Shown here piece by piece: positions 38,895-51,364 of a stretch of DNA of 64,000 bases (position 1 is the stretch's first letter; each line of letters begins with the position of its first letter). The DNA is taken from the NCBI RefSeq assembly GCF_030013595.1, contig NZ_CP122768.1; one strand, written 5' to 3'. A model generated the notes under the pieces. It saw only the letters and a list, made by a program, of their open reading frames with translations, was not told the origin of the DNA and ran no database searches. The stretch comes from Escherichia coli (lineage in GTDB: Bacteria > Pseudomonadota > Gammaproteobacteria > Enterobacterales > Enterobacteriaceae). The position numbers and the translations under genes are program-made.

Positions 38895-39289
38895 AAGAAA
38901 ACATCCCCTGAGAGTTTAATTTTCGTCAAGATGCGTGGCGGACAATCCCCTGCCAGCGAAACGTTATCTTCCTGCTCCAGGTTTGCGACAAATTGGTGCG
39001 TCGCAAAAAAGCAAACGTTTAGCTCCGCGCATACAAAACGGGTGGTAAAAAAAGCAAACGATTATCCGGCGATCATAGCGGCTTTTTCAACCGAAGTTTG
39101 CTGCTTTTTTCTCTTTTATTGTCTTGACGATGAAAAACCAGGCAATTGATGCGCAAACGTTATCGTCGATGCGCAAGATTGCAGCGTTATCGAGCCATAT
39201 ACCGTTCAGGATTGCGATAAAAAATCGTCTGAGATGACAAAAATATTGCGGCTAAAAAGTGTACTTTTACTCTGGCGAAGAAACGCCGG

Positions 39290-39450
39290 TGACATACAAT
39301 TAAAGCATCAACACCAACCGGAACCTCCACCACGTGCTCGAATGAGGTGTGTTGACGTCGGGGGAAACCCTCCTGTGTACCAGCGGGATAGAGAGAAAGA
39401 CAAAGACCGGAAAACAAACTAAAGCGCCCTTGTGGCGCTTTAGTTTTGTT
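39290..39450 (+). ncRNA. ryjA: Candidate small RNA (ryjA position) ending at a terminator hairpin that overlaps the soxR 3' end
   Basis: Strong hairpin aaactaaagcgcc / ggcgctttagttt at 39416..39446 followed by T-rich tract; remembered ryjA location between soxR and ghxP; 5' boundary is a guess. Confidence 0.35.
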
Positions 39451-39904
39451 CATCTTCCAGCAAGCGTGCGCCTGTGCCTTCTTCTCCTAAGCGGTCGCCC
39501 GGGTTACGCAATGGGCAATCACTGCGTGAAAGGCAGCCACAACCAATACATCCGTCCAGCTCGTCACGCAGCGCCACTAAGGTATGAATGCGTCGATCCA
39601 ACTCTTCTCGCCATTGGGACGAAAGCTGTTTCCACTCTTTCGCACTTAATGTATGCCCTTCGGGCAACACGCCAAATGCTTCACGAATGGTCGCCAGCGG
39701 AATGCCAATACGCTGAGCAATTTTGATGATTGCGACATATCGCAACACATCACGTTTATATCGCCGCTGATTGCCACTATTACGGATACTGCTAATCAAC
39801 CCTTTGCTTTCATAGAAATGCAGCGCCGATACCGCCACACCGCTGCGTTTTGCCACTTCGCCGGGGGTTAGCAGCGCTTTAATGCGGGGTAATTTCTTTT
39901 CCAT
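39440..39904 (-). CDS. soxR: Redox-sensing MerR-family regulator SoxR ([2Fe-2S])
   Basis: 154 aa ORF; C-terminal cysteine cluster [12 protein letters not shown]. Confidence 0.95.
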   Translation of the reverse strand: MEKKLPRIKALLTPGEVAKRSGVAVSALHFYESKGLISSIRNSGNQRRYKRDVLRYVAIIKIAQRIGIPLATIREAFGVLPEGHTLSAKEWKQLSSQWREELDRRIHTLVALRDELDGCIGCGCLSRSDCPLRNPGDRLGEEGTGARLLEDEQN

Positions 39905-39915
39905 AAATCGCTTTA

Positions 39916-39933
39916 CCTCAAGTTAACTTGAGG
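39916..39933. promoter_or_regulatory. SoxR operator, perfect 18-bp palindrome in the soxS promoter spacer
   Basis: cctcaagttaacttgagg between divergent soxR and soxS. Confidence 0.85.
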
Positions 39934-39989
39934 AATTATACTCCCCAACAGATGAATTAACGAACTGAACACTGAAAAGAGGCAGATTT

Positions 39990-40313
39990 ATGTCCCATCA
40001 GAAAATTATTCAGGATCTTATCGCATGGATTGACGAGCATATTGACCAGCCGCTTAACATTGATGTCGTCGCAAAAAAATCAGGCTATTCAAAGTGGTAC
40101 TTACAGCGGATGTTCCGCACGGTGACGCATCAGACACTTGGTGATTACATTCGCCAACGCCGCCTGTTACTGGCCGCCGTTGAGTTGCGCACCACCGAGC
40201 GTCCGATTTTTGATATCGCAATGGACCTGGGTTATGTCTCTCAGCAGACCTTCTCCCGCGTTTTCCGTCGGCAGTTTGATCGCACTCCCAGCGATTATCG
40301 CCACCGCCTGTAG
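39990..40313 (+). CDS. soxS: AraC/XylS-family superoxide response activator SoxS
   Basis: 107 aa ORF; divergent from soxR. Confidence 0.95.
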   Translation: MSHQKIIQDLIAWIDEHIDQPLNIDVVAKKSGYSKWYLQRMFRTVTHQTLGDYIRQRRLLLAAVELRTTERPIFDIAMDLGYVSQQTFSRVFRRQFDRTPSDYRHRL

Positions 40314-40315
40314 TT

Positions 40316-41902
40316 TTATTGCCCGCGCGTTAACTCCCGCGCGGGTAATTGCTCCATCCATTGCATAAACACCTGCGGCGGCATCGCCTTCGCAAAGAAC
40401 CATCCCTGACAATAGCGCACGCCGCGTTTGCGCAGCCAGTTAACCTGCTCCTCAGTTTCGACGCCTTCAGCGATCGTTTTTAACCCCAGACTGTGCGCCA
40501 GCTCGATGATGTGTTCCGCAATCAAATGACTGGTTTTATGGGTGGTCAGCGTCTCAACAAACGATTTATCGATTTTCAAAATATCGACATTCAATGATTT
40601 AAGGTTATGCAAGTTAGAGTAGCCAATACCAAAATCATCAATTGCCACTTCGTAACCAGCCTGGCGGAAAGCCAGAATAATTGGTGTCATTTTGTCGACA
40701 TCAAGAAATGCATGTTCAGTCACTTCAAATTTAATTTGCTGCGGACGCACCGCATATTGCTCTGTTTTCTGGTTGGTTCGCGCTATCAACCGTGACGTAT
40801 GAAAATCGGAGGCCGACAGGTTAATAGAAACATAGCGATCGACATGTGTTGCCAGGTACACGCCCAGATCGCGGAAGACATTATCAATAACATAATCAGT
40901 TATCTGTTCGATCATCCCCTCCTTTTCTGCCAGCGGAATAAACTCTGCCGGATTCATTACTTGCCCCTGCTCACCAGGCCAACGTAACAATGCTTCAGCT
41001 CCGATACATTTTTCTGTTTTGATATCGATTATTGGCTGGTAATAAAGGCAAAGTTGATGTTTTTCGAGGGCGCGTTGCAATTTGCGTTTGGGAGACAAAT
41101 AGTTTTGTCGAATACGTAGCCAGAGTAATAACAGAACAATACTCCCCAAAATACCGGCGGGTAACGCAAAAATAAGATGATTATAAAAATGCGCTATAAG
41201 ACGTTGATATGAAGTCGCAACAATGGCTGCAATTGGGCGTTTTGTCGAATAAACTGTCGCATATAAATAGCCATTTCTTTGTACGGTTAAATTATTCAAA
41301 TGAATCAGTGGAGAAAACGTTGCTGCCGAGGCCTCGTTGCTTAACGAGAAAAAGGTTTTCGTTACCGTATCATACACACCCCATTGCAATGTCGGATCAT
41401 CAGACATCACTTCACTCCAGAAGAGAGGGTTGATGACCACCACATAATTTCCCCGCTGCATATAGGTCATTTTATAGCCAGAGAAAAAAGGCGTATCGCG
41501 GTAATAATAGATAGAAACGTTAGGTTCACGCTTATAATCGGCCGGTGCAATCGTATAGCCGTTTACAGGCGCTATCAGCGATGAGCATAAAAAATGGTTA
41601 TCACGGGCATAGATCAATTCATTAATATAAAGATAGCCACGAATAATATTCAACATTCGCTTTTGATGGGCTGGAGTGCAAACTTGCCCCTGATAGCGTT
41701 CAGCTGCATCGCTCACTAAATCTGCCTGGCGAATGACCAGCTCGGATTTATCCAGCGCCAACTGAGCAAAAGTTTGGAGCTGACTATTCACTTCTGATTT
41801 TGCCCAAAGGAAGGCAATCCATAGCGACAGAATGATGGGAAAGAGAACTAAAAAGATAATGCCCGGCAACGCCAGTAATTGGTGTCGTGCATGATGACTC
41901 AT
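40316..41902 (-). CDS. pdeC: Membrane-anchored c-di-GMP phosphodiesterase (CSS-motif sensor plus EAL domain)
   Basis: 528 aa from MSHHARHQ; two TM segments flanking a periplasmic domain; C-terminal EAL-type region. Confidence 0.85.
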   Translation of the reverse strand: MSHHARHQLLALPGIIFLVLFPIILSLWIAFLWAKSEVNSQLQTFAQLALDKSELVIRQADLVSDAAERYQGQVCTPAHQKRMLNIIRGYLYINELIYARDNHFLCSSLIAPVNGYTIAPADYKREPNVSIYYYRDTPFFSGYKMTYMQRGNYVVVINPLFWSEVMSDDPTLQWGVYDTVTKTFFSLSNEASAATFSPLIHLNNLTVQRNGYLYATVYSTKRPIAAIVATSYQRLIAHFYNHLIFALPAGILGSIVLLLLWLRIRQNYLSPKRKLQRALEKHQLCLYYQPIIDIKTEKCIGAEALLRWPGEQGQVMNPAEFIPLAEKEGMIEQITDYVIDNVFRDLGVYLATHVDRYVSINLSASDFHTSRLIARTNQKTEQYAVRPQQIKFEVTEHAFLDVDKMTPIILAFRQAGYEVAIDDFGIGYSNLHNLKSLNVDILKIDKSFVETLTTHKTSHLIAEHIIELAHSLGLKTIAEGVETEEQVNWLRKRGVRYCQGWFFAKAMPPQVFMQWMEQLPARELTRGQ

Positions 41903-42331
41903 TGCTATCAATTTCCTGCCTGTTTATACCCGGTCATTGCAAGGTGAAAACCCTGGTAACCGACGTCTTTAGATAAATCTTACGGTATAAATAGCACTTT
42001 TGCCTGATTTGAAATTGATACCTTTTTAATCGTCACCTGAATAAAAATAATTCATTGATATTCAAAACTAATTTCCTACAGGAATGCAGAGGCGGTGGGA
42101 AGATATCCCCTTAATGCCGCTGAAAAAACACATAATCTGTACGGCAATAAAAGTCACGGCCTAATCTGGCTAACAAACAATCAATTGTGATATAGTTCAC
42201 AAAATTAATGAAACAAACAGAGTGTTTCTTTTTTGTGTTCTGCAAGCCCCGCGATAGCCAGATTGTATCACGCCTCCCGTGAACAACGCCGCGCTGTCCG
42301 AGGCATCGGCTCTTTTCAGAGGAATTGTTTG

Positions 42332-42613
42332 ATGGCTACCCTCACCACTGGCGTGGTTCTTCTTCGCTGGCAACTTCTTAGTGCCGTAATGATGTTTCTG
42401 GCCAGCACACTCAACATCCGTTTTCGTCGGTCTGATTATGTCGGGCTTGCAGTGATCAGCAGCGGTCTGGGCGTGGTTTCTGCCTGCTGGTTCGCAATGG
42501 GGTTGCTTGGCATCACAATGGCGGATATCACCGCCATCTGGCACAACATCGAGTCGGTGATGATAGAAGAGATGAATCAGACACCGCCACAATGGCCAAT
42601 GATTTTGACTTGA
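42332..42613 (+). CDS. yjcB: Small inner membrane protein YjcB
   Basis: 93 aa from MATLTTGVV; two hydrophobic helices; track ORF is N-terminally extended. Confidence 0.7.
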   Translation: MATLTTGVVLLRWQLLSAVMMFLASTLNIRFRRSDYVGLAVISSGLGVVSACWFAMGLLGITMADITAIWHNIESVMIEEMNQTPPQWPMILT

Positions 42614-42620
42614 TATGTAG

Positions 42621-42649
42621 AAGCCTCCAAAACGGAGGCTTCTTTTTTA
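42621..42649. terminator. Rho-independent terminator between yjcB and convergent ssb
   Basis: gaagcctcc aaaac ggaggcttc followed by tttttt. Confidence 0.8.
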
Positions 42650-42711
42650 CGGCTGGCAGATGCTTTAATCATCCACCTTAAAACAATATAACCTATTGTT
42701 TTAATGACAAA

Positions 42712-43248
42712 TCAGAACGGAATATCGTCATCAAAGTCCATCGGCGGCTCGTTAGACGGTGCTGCCGGAGCAGACTGCTGCGGGCGAGACTGCGCGCCGC
42801 CGCTGAACTGATTGCCGCCCTGCGGCTGCTGAGGCTGACCCCAACCGCCCTGCGGCTGACCACCACCGATATTGCCACCTGCAGGAGCGCCACCACCCTG
42901 ACGACCACCCAACATCTGCATGGTGCCGCCAACGTTCACCACGACTTCTGTGGTGTAGCGATCCTGACCGGATTGATCGGTCCATTTGCGGGTACGCAGC
43001 TGACCTTCGATATAAACCTGAGAACCTTTACGCAGATATTCGCTGGCTACTTCTGCCAGTTTGCCGAACAGCACAACGCGGTGCCATTCAGTCTGCTCTT
43101 TCATCTCGCCGGTCGCTTTGTCACGCCAGGATTCGGAAGTAGCCAGCGTAATGTTGGCAACTGCGCCACCATTTGGCATGTAGCGTACTTCCGGGTCCTG
43201 ACCCAGATTACCAACGAGAATAACCTTGTTTACGCCTCTGCTGGCCAT
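42712..43248 (-). CDS. ssb: Single-stranded DNA-binding protein
   Basis: 178 aa from [16 protein letters not shown]; Gly/Gln/Pro-rich tail ending DFDDDIPF. Confidence 0.97.
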   Translation of the reverse strand: MASRGVNKVILVGNLGQDPEVRYMPNGGAVANITLATSESWRDKATGEMKEQTEWHRVVLFGKLAEVASEYLRKGSQVYIEGQLRTRKWTDQSGQDRYTTEVVVNVGGTMQMLGGRQGGGAPAGGNIGGGQPQGGWGQPQQPQGGNQFSGGAQSRPQQSAPAAPSNEPPMDFDDDIPF

Positions 43249-43400
43249 GTTCGTGTCTCCTGAAAAAAATCGTTCTGAATAAGTGTAAACGCGCGATTGT
43301 ACCATTACCAATAGCGCTTTTACTATGTTGTGACCTCGGTTCCGGGAAACAAACCTGGCCAGACATTGTTACACAACACTCCGGGTAATGCATTCCAATA

Positions 43401-43416
43401 CTGTATATTCATTCAG
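43401..43416. promoter_or_regulatory. LexA (SOS) box shared by divergent ssb and uvrA promoters
   Basis: ctgtatattcattcag matches CTGT-N8-ACAG. Confidence 0.85.
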
Positions 43417-43501
43417 GTCAATTTGTGTCATAATTAACCGTTTGTGATCGCCGGTAGCACCATGCCACCGGGCAAAAAAGCGTTTAATCCGGGAAAGGTG
43501 A

Positions 43502-46324
43502 ATGGATAAGATCGAAGTTCGGGGCGCCCGCACCCATAATCTCAAAAACATCAACCTCGTTATCCCCCGCGACAAGCTCATTGTCGTGACCGGGCTTTCG
43601 GGTTCTGGCAAATCCTCGCTCGCTTTCGACACCTTATATGCCGAAGGGCAGCGCCGTTACGTTGAATCCCTTTCCGCCTACGCGCGGCAGTTTCTGTCAC
43701 TGATGGAAAAGCCGGACGTCGATCATATTGAGGGGCTTTCTCCTGCCATCTCAATTGAGCAGAAATCGACGTCTCATAACCCGCGTTCTACGGTGGGGAC
43801 AATCACCGAAATCCACGACTATTTGCGTTTGCTGTTCGCCCGCGTTGGCGAGCCGCGCTGTCCGGACCACGACGTCCCGCTGGCGGCGCAAACCGTCAGC
43901 CAGATGGTGGATAACGTGCTGTCGCAGCCGGAAGGCAAGCGTCTGATGCTACTCGCGCCAATCATTAAAGAGCGCAAAGGCGAACACACCAAAACGCTGG
44001 AGAACCTGGCAAGCCAGGGTTACATTCGTGCTCGTATTGATGGCGAAGTCTGCGATCTTTCCGATCCGCCGAAACTGGAACTGCAAAAGAAACATACCAT
44101 TGAAGTGGTGGTTGATCGCTTCAAGGTGCGTGATGATCTTTCCCAACGTCTTGCCGAGTCGTTTGAAACTGCGCTGGAGCTTTCCGGTGGTACCGCGGTA
44201 GTTGCGGATATGGACGACCCGAAAGCGGAAGAGCTGCTGTTCTCCGCTAATTTCGCCTGCCCAATTTGCGGCTACAGTATGCGCGAGCTGGAGCCGCGAC
44301 TGTTTTCGTTTAACAACCCGGCAGGGGCCTGCCCGACCTGTGACGGCCTTGGCGTGCAGCAATATTTCGATCCTGACCGCGTGATCCAGAATCCGGAACT
44401 GTCGCTGGCTGGCGGTGCGATCCGAGGCTGGGATCGCCGCAACTTCTATTACTTCCAGATGCTGAAATCGCTGGCAAATCACTATAAGTTCGACGTCGAA
44501 GCGCCGTGGGGCAGCCTGAGCGCGAACGTGCATAAAGTGGTGTTGTACGGTTCTGGCAAAGAAAACATTGAATTCAAATACATGAACGATCGTGGCGATA
44601 CCTCCATTCGTCGTCATCCGTTCGAAGGCGTGCTGCACAATATGGAGCGCCGTTATAAAGAGACGGAATCCAGTGCGGTACGCGAAGAATTAGCCAAGTT
44701 TATCAGCAATCGCCCGTGCGCCAGCTGCGAAGGGACGCGTCTGCGTCGGGAAGCGCGCCATGTGTATGTCGAGAATACGCCGCTGCCTGCTATCTCCGAC
44801 ATGAGCATCGGTCATGCGATGGAATTCTTCAACAATCTCAAACTCGCAGGTCAGCGAGCGAAGATTGCGGAAAAAATTCTTAAAGAGATTGGCGATCGCC
44901 TGAAATTCCTCGTTAACGTCGGCCTGAATTACCTGACACTTTCCCGCTCGGCAGAGACACTTTCTGGCGGTGAAGCCCAGCGTATCCGTCTGGCGAGCCA
45001 GATTGGTGCGGGCCTGGTTGGCGTTATGTACGTGCTGGACGAGCCGTCTATCGGCCTGCACCAGCGCGATAACGAGCGCCTGTTGGGTACGCTTATCCAT
45101 CTGCGCGATCTCGGTAATACCGTGATTGTGGTGGAGCACGACGAAGACGCGATTCGCGCCGCTGACCATGTGATCGACATTGGCCCGGGCGCAGGTGTAC
45201 ACGGCGGTGAAGTGGTCGCAGAAGGTCCACTGGAAGCGATTATGGCAGTGCCTGAGTCGTTGACCGGGCAGTACATGAGCGGCAAACGCAAGATTGAAGT
45301 GCCGAAGAAACGCGTTCCGGCGAATCCGGAAAAAGTGCTGAAGCTGACAGGCGCACGTGGTAATAACCTGAAAGACGTGACGCTGACGCTGCCAGTCGGT
45401 CTGTTTACCTGCATCACAGGGGTTTCAGGTTCCGGTAAATCGACGCTGATTAACGACACACTGTTCCCGATTGCCCAACGCCAGTTGAATGGTGCGACCA
45501 TCGCCGAACCGGCACCGTATCGCGATATTCAGGGGCTGGAGCATTTCGATAAAGTGATCGATATCGACCAAAGCCCAATTGGTCGTACTCCGCGTTCTAA
45601 CCCGGCGACCTATACCGGCGTGTTTACGCCTGTGCGCGAACTGTTTGCGGGCGTACCGGAATCCCGTGCGCGCGGCTATACGCCGGGACGTTTCAGCTTT
45701 AACGTCCGTGGCGGGCGCTGCGAAGCCTGTCAGGGCGACGGCGTGATCAAAGTGGAGATGCACTTCCTGCCGGATATCTACGTACCGTGCGACCAGTGCA
45801 AAGGCAAACGCTATAACCGTGAAACGCTGGAGATTAAGTACAAAGGCAAAACCATCCACGAAGTGCTGGATATGACCATCGAAGAGGCGCGTGAGTTCTT
45901 TGATGCGGTGCCAGCTCTGGCGCGTAAGCTGCAAACGTTGATGGACGTTGGTCTGACGTACATTCGCCTGGGGCAGTCCGCAACCACACTTTCTGGTGGT
46001 GAAGCCCAGCGCGTGAAGCTGGCGCGTGAGCTGTCAAAACGCGGCACCGGGCAGACGCTGTATATTCTCGACGAGCCGACCACCGGTCTGCACTTCGCCG
46101 ATATTCAGCAACTCCTCGACGTGCTGCATAAACTGCGCGATCAGGGCAATACCATTGTGGTGATTGAGCACAATCTCGACGTGATCAAAACCGCTGACTG
46201 GATTGTCGACCTGGGACCAGAAGGCGGCAGTGGCGGCGGCGAAATCCTCGTCTCCGGTACGCCAGAAACCGTCGCGGAGTGCGAAGCTTCGCATACGGCA
46301 CGCTTCCTCAAGCCGATGCTGTAA
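43502..46324 (+). CDS. uvrA: Excinuclease ABC subunit A
   Basis: 940 aa ORF; two ABC ATPase modules and zinc-finger cysteine pairs. Confidence 0.97.
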   Translation: MDKIEVRGARTHNLKNINLVIPRDKLIVVTGLSGSGKSSLAFDTLYAEGQRRYVESLSAYARQFLSLMEKPDVDHIEGLSPAISIEQKSTSHNPRSTVGTITEIHDYLRLLFARVGEPRCPDHDVPLAAQTVSQMVDNVLSQPEGKRLMLLAPIIKERKGEHTKTLENLASQGYIRARIDGEVCDLSDPPKLELQKKHTIEVVVDRFKVRDDLSQRLAESFETALELSGGTAVVADMDDPKAEELLFSANFACPICGYSMRELEPRLFSFNNPAGACPTCDGLGVQQYFDPDRVIQNPELSLAGGAIRGWDRRNFYYFQMLKSLANHYKFDVEAPWGSLSANVHKVVLYGSGKENIEFKYMNDRGDTSIRRHPFEGVLHNMERRYKETESSAVREELAKFISNRPCASCEGTRLRREARHVYVENTPLPAISDMSIGHAMEFFNNLKLAGQRAKIAEKILKEIGDRLKFLVNVGLNYLTLSRSAETLSGGEAQRIRLASQIGAGLVGVMYVLDEPSIGLHQRDNERLLGTLIHLRDLGNTVIVVEHDEDAIRAADHVIDIGPGAGVHGGEVVAEGPLEAIMAVPESLTGQYMSGKRKIEVPKKRVPANPEKVLKLTGARGNNLKDVTLTLPVGLFTCITGVSGSGKSTLINDTLFPIAQRQLNGATIAEPAPYRDIQGLEHFDKVIDIDQSPIGRTPRSNPATYTGVFTPVRELFAGVPESRARGYTPGRFSFNVRGGRCEACQGDGVIKVEMHFLPDIYVPCDQCKGKRYNRETLEIKYKGKTIHEVLDMTIEEAREFFDAVPALARKLQTLMDVGLTYIRLGQSATTLSGGEAQRVKLARELSKRGTGQTLYILDEPTTGLHFADIQQLLDVLHKLRDQGNTIVVIEHNLDVIKTADWIVDLGPEGGSGGGEILVSGTPETVAECEASHTARFLKPML

Positions 46325-46329
46325 TCGTT

Positions 46330-46356
46330 AAGGCCGCTTTCTGAGCGGCCTTTTCC
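46330..46356. terminator. Bidirectional terminator hairpin between uvrA and yjbR
   Basis: aaggccgc tttctga gcggcctt followed by ttcctttc. Confidence 0.7.
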
Positions 46357-46358
46357 TT

Positions 46359-46715
46359 TCAGAGTTGTACCAGCAATTTACGCTTTTCTTCCGGTAGTAA
46401 ATTCACTGCCTGCTGATAAGACGCATCCACCAGATAATAGATTTGCGAATCCGGCAGCGAACCGTCGAGATACACGGTGCTCCAGTGCGCTTTATTCAGA
46501 TGGCGGCTAGGACGCACATCGCTGTGCTGCTGACGTAGCAGCTCCGCCAGCTCCGGGCTGGTTTTCAGCGAAACAGCTGGGCGATTTTCTACTTCTTTCA
46601 CCATCGCAAACAGTACATCTTCCACTTTGATCTGCGTCGCTTTCCAGTCGTTATGCACGCTCTGTTCTGCGCCTGGTTTTGCCATGCAATATTGTAGCAA
46701 CTCCGAAATGGTCAT
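46359..46715 (-). CDS. yjbR: Uncharacterised protein YjbR (MmcQ/YjbR family)
   Basis: 118 aa ORF; synteny and length. Confidence 0.8.
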   Translation of the reverse strand: MTISELLQYCMAKPGAEQSVHNDWKATQIKVEDVLFAMVKEVENRPAVSLKTSPELAELLRQQHSDVRPSRHLNKAHWSTVYLDGSLPDSQIYYLVDASYQQAVNLLPEEKRKLLVQL

Positions 46716-46718
46716 TTT

Positions 46719-47135
46719 TTACTCCCCTTGTAGTGTCGCGATAATGCGACGCGATCCGCCGTGGATGCGATGTTCCCCCAGCCAGATGCCTTGCCAGGTG
46801 CCGGTCTGAATACGCCCTTTATGCACCGGCAATACAAGCGATGTTCCCAGCATTGAGGATTTGATATGAGAAGGCATATCGTCTGCTCCCTCATAGTCAT
46901 GCTCATAATTTCCGTTGTCGGGAACGGTGCGGAGGAAAAAACGCTCCATGTCGTGGCGTACGGTGGGATCGCAGTTCTCATTAAGTGTCAGAGAGGCGGA
47001 GGTATGTTGCAGCAACAGATGCAGTAAACCGATGTTAACGCGCGGCATATCAGCCAGCTGATTCAGAATTTCATCCGTTACCAGATGAAACCCACGAGAT
47101 TTGGCGCTAAGCGTGAGCGTCTTTTGATACCACAT
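46719..47135 (-). CDS. yjbQ: YjbQ/UPF0047-family protein
   Basis: 138 aa ORF; synteny and length. Confidence 0.8.
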
Positions 47136-47245
47136 GTGCTGCTCCTTGATAAAACTCTCTTAATCAGTTTGCAGCAAGACAGCGAAAGGATAAAGGTGTG
47201 ATTAAAAAAACAGCATTCGGGAGAGTGTCACGCTCTCCCGCTCTG

Positions 47246-48163
<918 letters not shown>

Positions 48164-48359
48164 TTAATTTTGCGTTTATTATGATGAATCCTCTGCAAAT
48201 GAGCGAAATTTGATAGAACATTTATCTGCTGTACGATTTAATAAACTTAATGATACAGCATTACAAAAACAATCGAAGTTTATAAAGATGATTTCTGATT
48301 GACCAGCCCCCTACCCTACAATGGTGACTAATTTTATTACTCCCGAAGGAGATGATGAT

Positions 48360-48863
48360 ATGAATATATCAAATGTGAATAGCAACAACACGACATCTTT
48401 ACCTGTAGAGCTAGATACACTAAATAACAAAGGTATCTCTTATGCCAAAGATTTCTCTTATGCCAAAGATCTCTTTTTATATATAGAAACACAGTTAAAA
48501 ATTGCAAAAGATTTTTGTAGACCAGGAGAGGAAGTATCAAGATCTATTGCAAATAAAGTTTTTCATGCATTTATTGATTTAGTTAACAAAATCAGAGGCA
48601 AGAAAGATTGTATGTATATTTGCACACTTTGCTGTTTTGCCGAGGAGGTTAAAGGTGATTATTCTCATTACAGAACCTTTTTATTTGATATTGGTAATCA
48701 ATATAAGGTTAAACTTACACAAAGCGGAAAAAAAGAGTTCTCTTTAACATTAGAATTTAACGATACTATAATTGAATCTCAGAAAGTCACAGGCAATAAG
48801 GCAAAGCATATTCTTGAGGATATAGAAATATTCTATCGTAACAAACCCGATACTTATTATTAA
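48360..48863 (+). CDS. AT-rich orphan protein of unknown function
   Basis: 167 aa from MNISNV with aaggag Shine-Dalgarno 8 nt upstream (track ORF starts at 48321); very AT-rich coding sequence; cysteine cluster CMYICTLCC; no recognisable family. Confidence 0.55.
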   Translation: MNISNVNSNNTTSLPVELDTLNNKGISYAKDFSYAKDLFLYIETQLKIAKDFCRPGEEVSRSIANKVFHAFIDLVNKIRGKKDCMYICTLCCFAEEVKGDYSHYRTFLFDIGNQYKVKLTQSGKKEFSLTLEFNDTIIESQKVTGNKAKHILEDIEIFYRNKPDTYY

Positions 48864-49084
48864 ATTTAATAATGGTTAGATGTGCAGAAATTATTACTCC
48901 ACCCAAAAAAACAGGATAAGGAATTCCAGATAATTGGGATAAGCTTAACAATAAAAGAACTAACAACGTTTATTATCTCTCACGTAGAACGATGGCATCA
49001 AAAAAATCATCTATAAAGAAAGAGTGAAAGCGACGACAGTTTAATTTCACTGCAGGCTGGGTAGCTCCAGCCTGCTTTCCTGCA

Positions 49085-50278
49085 TTACATCACCGCAGCA
49101 AACGCCTTTGCCACACGTTGTACATTTGCCGTATTTAACCCGGCGACACACATGCGACCGCTGGCGATGAGATAGACACCAAATTCTTCACGTAGTCGGT
49201 CAACCTGAGCGGCACTTAAACCGGTATAACTGAACATGCCGCGCTGATTAAGCAGATAATCGAAATTGCGTTCTGGCATCTCTGTGCTTAATACCTTCAC
49301 CAATTCCTGACGCATTGCCAGAATGCGAGTACGCATCTCTTCTACTTCCGCCAGCCAGCTGGCTTTCAATGCCTCGTCATTCAGCACTGCAGCCACCACC
49401 TGCGCACCAAAATTCGGCGGGCTGGAGTAGTTGCGGCGAACTGTTGCTTTCAATTGCCCCAGTACGCGGCCAGCGGCTTCGGCATCTTCACACATAACAG
49501 AAAGTCCGCCGACGCGCTCGCCGTAAAGGGAGAAAATTTTCGAGAACGAATTGCTCACCAGAGCGGGTAATCCAGCGCTGGCAATGGCGCGAATAGCGTA
49601 GGCATCCTCTTCCATACCGGCACCAAATCCTTGATAGGCAATATCGAGGAATGGAATAAGCTCGCGGGCTTTGAGAATTTCAATCACCGCATCCCACTGA
49701 TCATTAGTGAGATCGGCACCCGTTGGGTTGTGGCAACATGGATGCAGCAACACAATACTGCGGGCAGGTAATGTTTTCAGCGTCGCCAACAGGTCATTAA
49801 AGCGCACGCTGTTAGTCGCTTCGTCATACCAGGGGTAAGTACTCACTTCGAATCCAGCCCCGGCGAATATTGCTACGTGGTTTTCCCAGGTAGGATCGCT
49901 GACCCAGACGCCTGATTCCGGGAAGTAGCGTTTCAGGAAATCCGAGCCCACTTTCAATGCCCCTGAGCCGCCAAGGGTTTGAATGGTTGCTACGCGCTGT
50001 TGTTGCAGTACTGGATGGTCCGCACCAAACAGCAGCGGCGCAATGGCATGGCGATAGCTGTTAAGCCCTTCCATCGGTAAATAAAGCGAAGCGCCATGAG
50101 GCTGCGCATTCAGGCGCGCTTCCGCCTCCGCCACGGCTTTCAGTTGTGGAATAATTCCGTCTTCGTTGTAGTACAGACCGATACTTAAATTCACTTTGTC
50201 GCTGCGAGGGTCTTCTTTAAAACGCTCCATAAGCGTAAGAATCGGGTCGCCAGCGTAGGCGTCAACTTTTTGAAACAC
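49085..50278 (-). CDS. tyrB: Aromatic-amino-acid aminotransferase, GTG start
   Basis: 397 aa from (V)[11 protein letters not shown]; PLP aminotransferase motifs [16 protein letters not shown]; track ORF extended to 50320. Confidence 0.93.
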   Translation of the reverse strand: MFQKVDAYAGDPILTLMERFKEDPRSDKVNLSIGLYYNEDGIIPQLKAVAEAEARLNAQPHGASLYLPMEGLNSYRHAIAPLLFGADHPVLQQQRVATIQTLGGSGALKVGSDFLKRYFPESGVWVSDPTWENHVAIFAGAGFEVSTYPWYDEATNSVRFNDLLATLKTLPARSIVLLHPCCHNPTGADLTNDQWDAVIEILKARELIPFLDIAYQGFGAGMEEDAYAIRAIASAGLPALVSNSFSKIFSLYGERVGGLSVMCEDAEAAGRVLGQLKATVRRNYSSPPNFGAQVVAAVLNDEALKASWLAEVEEMRTRILAMRQELVKVLSTEMPERNFDYLLNQRGMFSYTGLSAAQVDRLREEFGVYLIASGRMCVAGLNTANVQRVAKAFAAVM

Positions 50279-50359
50279 GCGATGGTTCTCCAGGTTTACG
50301 GGCAGGTGGTTAAGACACAATAAACCGGAAGAAGGCGAAGATCGAGTGGATGTTCAAAG

Positions 50360-51364
50360 TCAGTCAGGAAGTTGATGAAGAATTTGCCCCAGTCGCTCTT
50401 GCAGCGAACCCGAAACCGAAAGATAAGGAATGTTCCTGCGCGATAATTCCTGTTCGTACCACGCCTGCTGCCGCGCGCGAAACGCCTCTCCTTGCCGGGT
50501 GCCATCCTGCACAAAGGGAAATTCCGCGCCGCAAAGCACCACCAGAGAGTATTCCCGCTCCGCCAGCTGGTGAAGTTCTTGCGGGGCATGACCATATTGA
50601 TCAAGGGTATAGAACAAGGTCGTGAGTGGCGATGTGTCACATATAAGATAGCGATTAGCTTCTGCTTGTTGTTCCCGACGTACCTGTTCGCGGGCGATAT
50701 GCAACAAATCGTCTGCGGTTAAAACACCATTTTTCTCTTCCCAATAGTCGCGACCAAATTCAGCGACATACGCCGTATCGAGCACGTCCGCCAGCGCTTT
50801 TGAAAGTGTGCTCTTACCGGTTGATTCGCCACCAAGCAGACAGATACGGCGAACGAAACTGCGATAAACGTCGTGCGCCAGCATGTAGCGATAGCGGTGA
50901 ACGTCGGAACGAATCAGCGTTCCCGAAGGAGATTTATCGCCACGTGGACGTTGTAATCGAATGTGTTCAACAGGTTGGGCAAAACGCTTTGTCAGCACTT
51001 TAGCAAAACCGTCACCATAATCTTCTGCGGTAAATACAGCGTGTGGGCGGCAACGTAATACCTGCAGGCACAGCGTCGCCACATAATGACGATGGATGTC
51101 GGCATCGGCATCATTATGCGGTATGGCAGGTAAGTTATAACGCGCGATCAGTTCGGGAGTCAGTACCAGAACCGTCGCTCGCGGGAAGCGCACTTGCAGC
51201 CACGTCAGGCGCTTTTCAGGTTCACAGTCAGGCATTTCCGGCACGGAATAACTGATGATGAACAGTTCTTCACATTGTGCCAGCGCGGTATTGATCAACC
51301 GTTCATGACCACAATGCAAAGGCGCGAATTTGCCAACCACCAGTCCCGTTACGAAACGCTTCAT
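50360..51364 (-). CDS. NadR-like bifunctional enzyme lacking the HTH domain: nucleotidyltransferase (NMNAT-type) plus P-loop ribosylnicotinamide-kinase-like domain
   Basis: 334 aa from MKRFVTGLVVGKFAPLHCGHERLI (H-x-G-H nucleotidyltransferase motif) and downstream Walker A LLGGESTGKST; ATGA overlap with the upstream PnuC-like gene; track ORF starts 8 codons earlier at 51388. Confidence 0.7.
   Translation of the reverse strand: MKRFVTGLVVGKFAPLHCGHERLINTALAQCEELFIISYSVPEMPDCEPEKRLTWLQVRFPRATVLVLTPELIARYNLPAIPHNDADADIHRHYVATLCLQVLRCRPHAVFTAEDYGDGFAKVLTKRFAQPVEHIRLQRPRGDKSPSGTLIRSDVHRYRYMLAHDVYRSFVRRICLLGGESTGKSTLSKALADVLDTAYVAEFGRDYWEEKNGVLTADDLLHIAREQVRREQQAEANRYLICDTSPLTTLFYTLDQYGHAPQELHQLAEREYSLVVLCGAEFPFVQDGTRQGEAFRARQQAWYEQELSRRNIPYLSVSGSLQERLGQILHQLPD

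Noticed and set aside
43949-45934. Several 170-230 aa minus-strand ORFs inside uvrA
   Set aside because: All antisense to the strongly supported uvrA frame.
49053-49075. Hairpin gcaggctgg gtagct ccagcctgc as the tyrB terminator
   Set aside because: On the tyrB (minus) transcript the hairpin is not followed by a U-tract; the T-rich side is on the plus strand, so it more plausibly terminates the upstream plus-strand orphan gene or is bidirectional. Left as an observation only.
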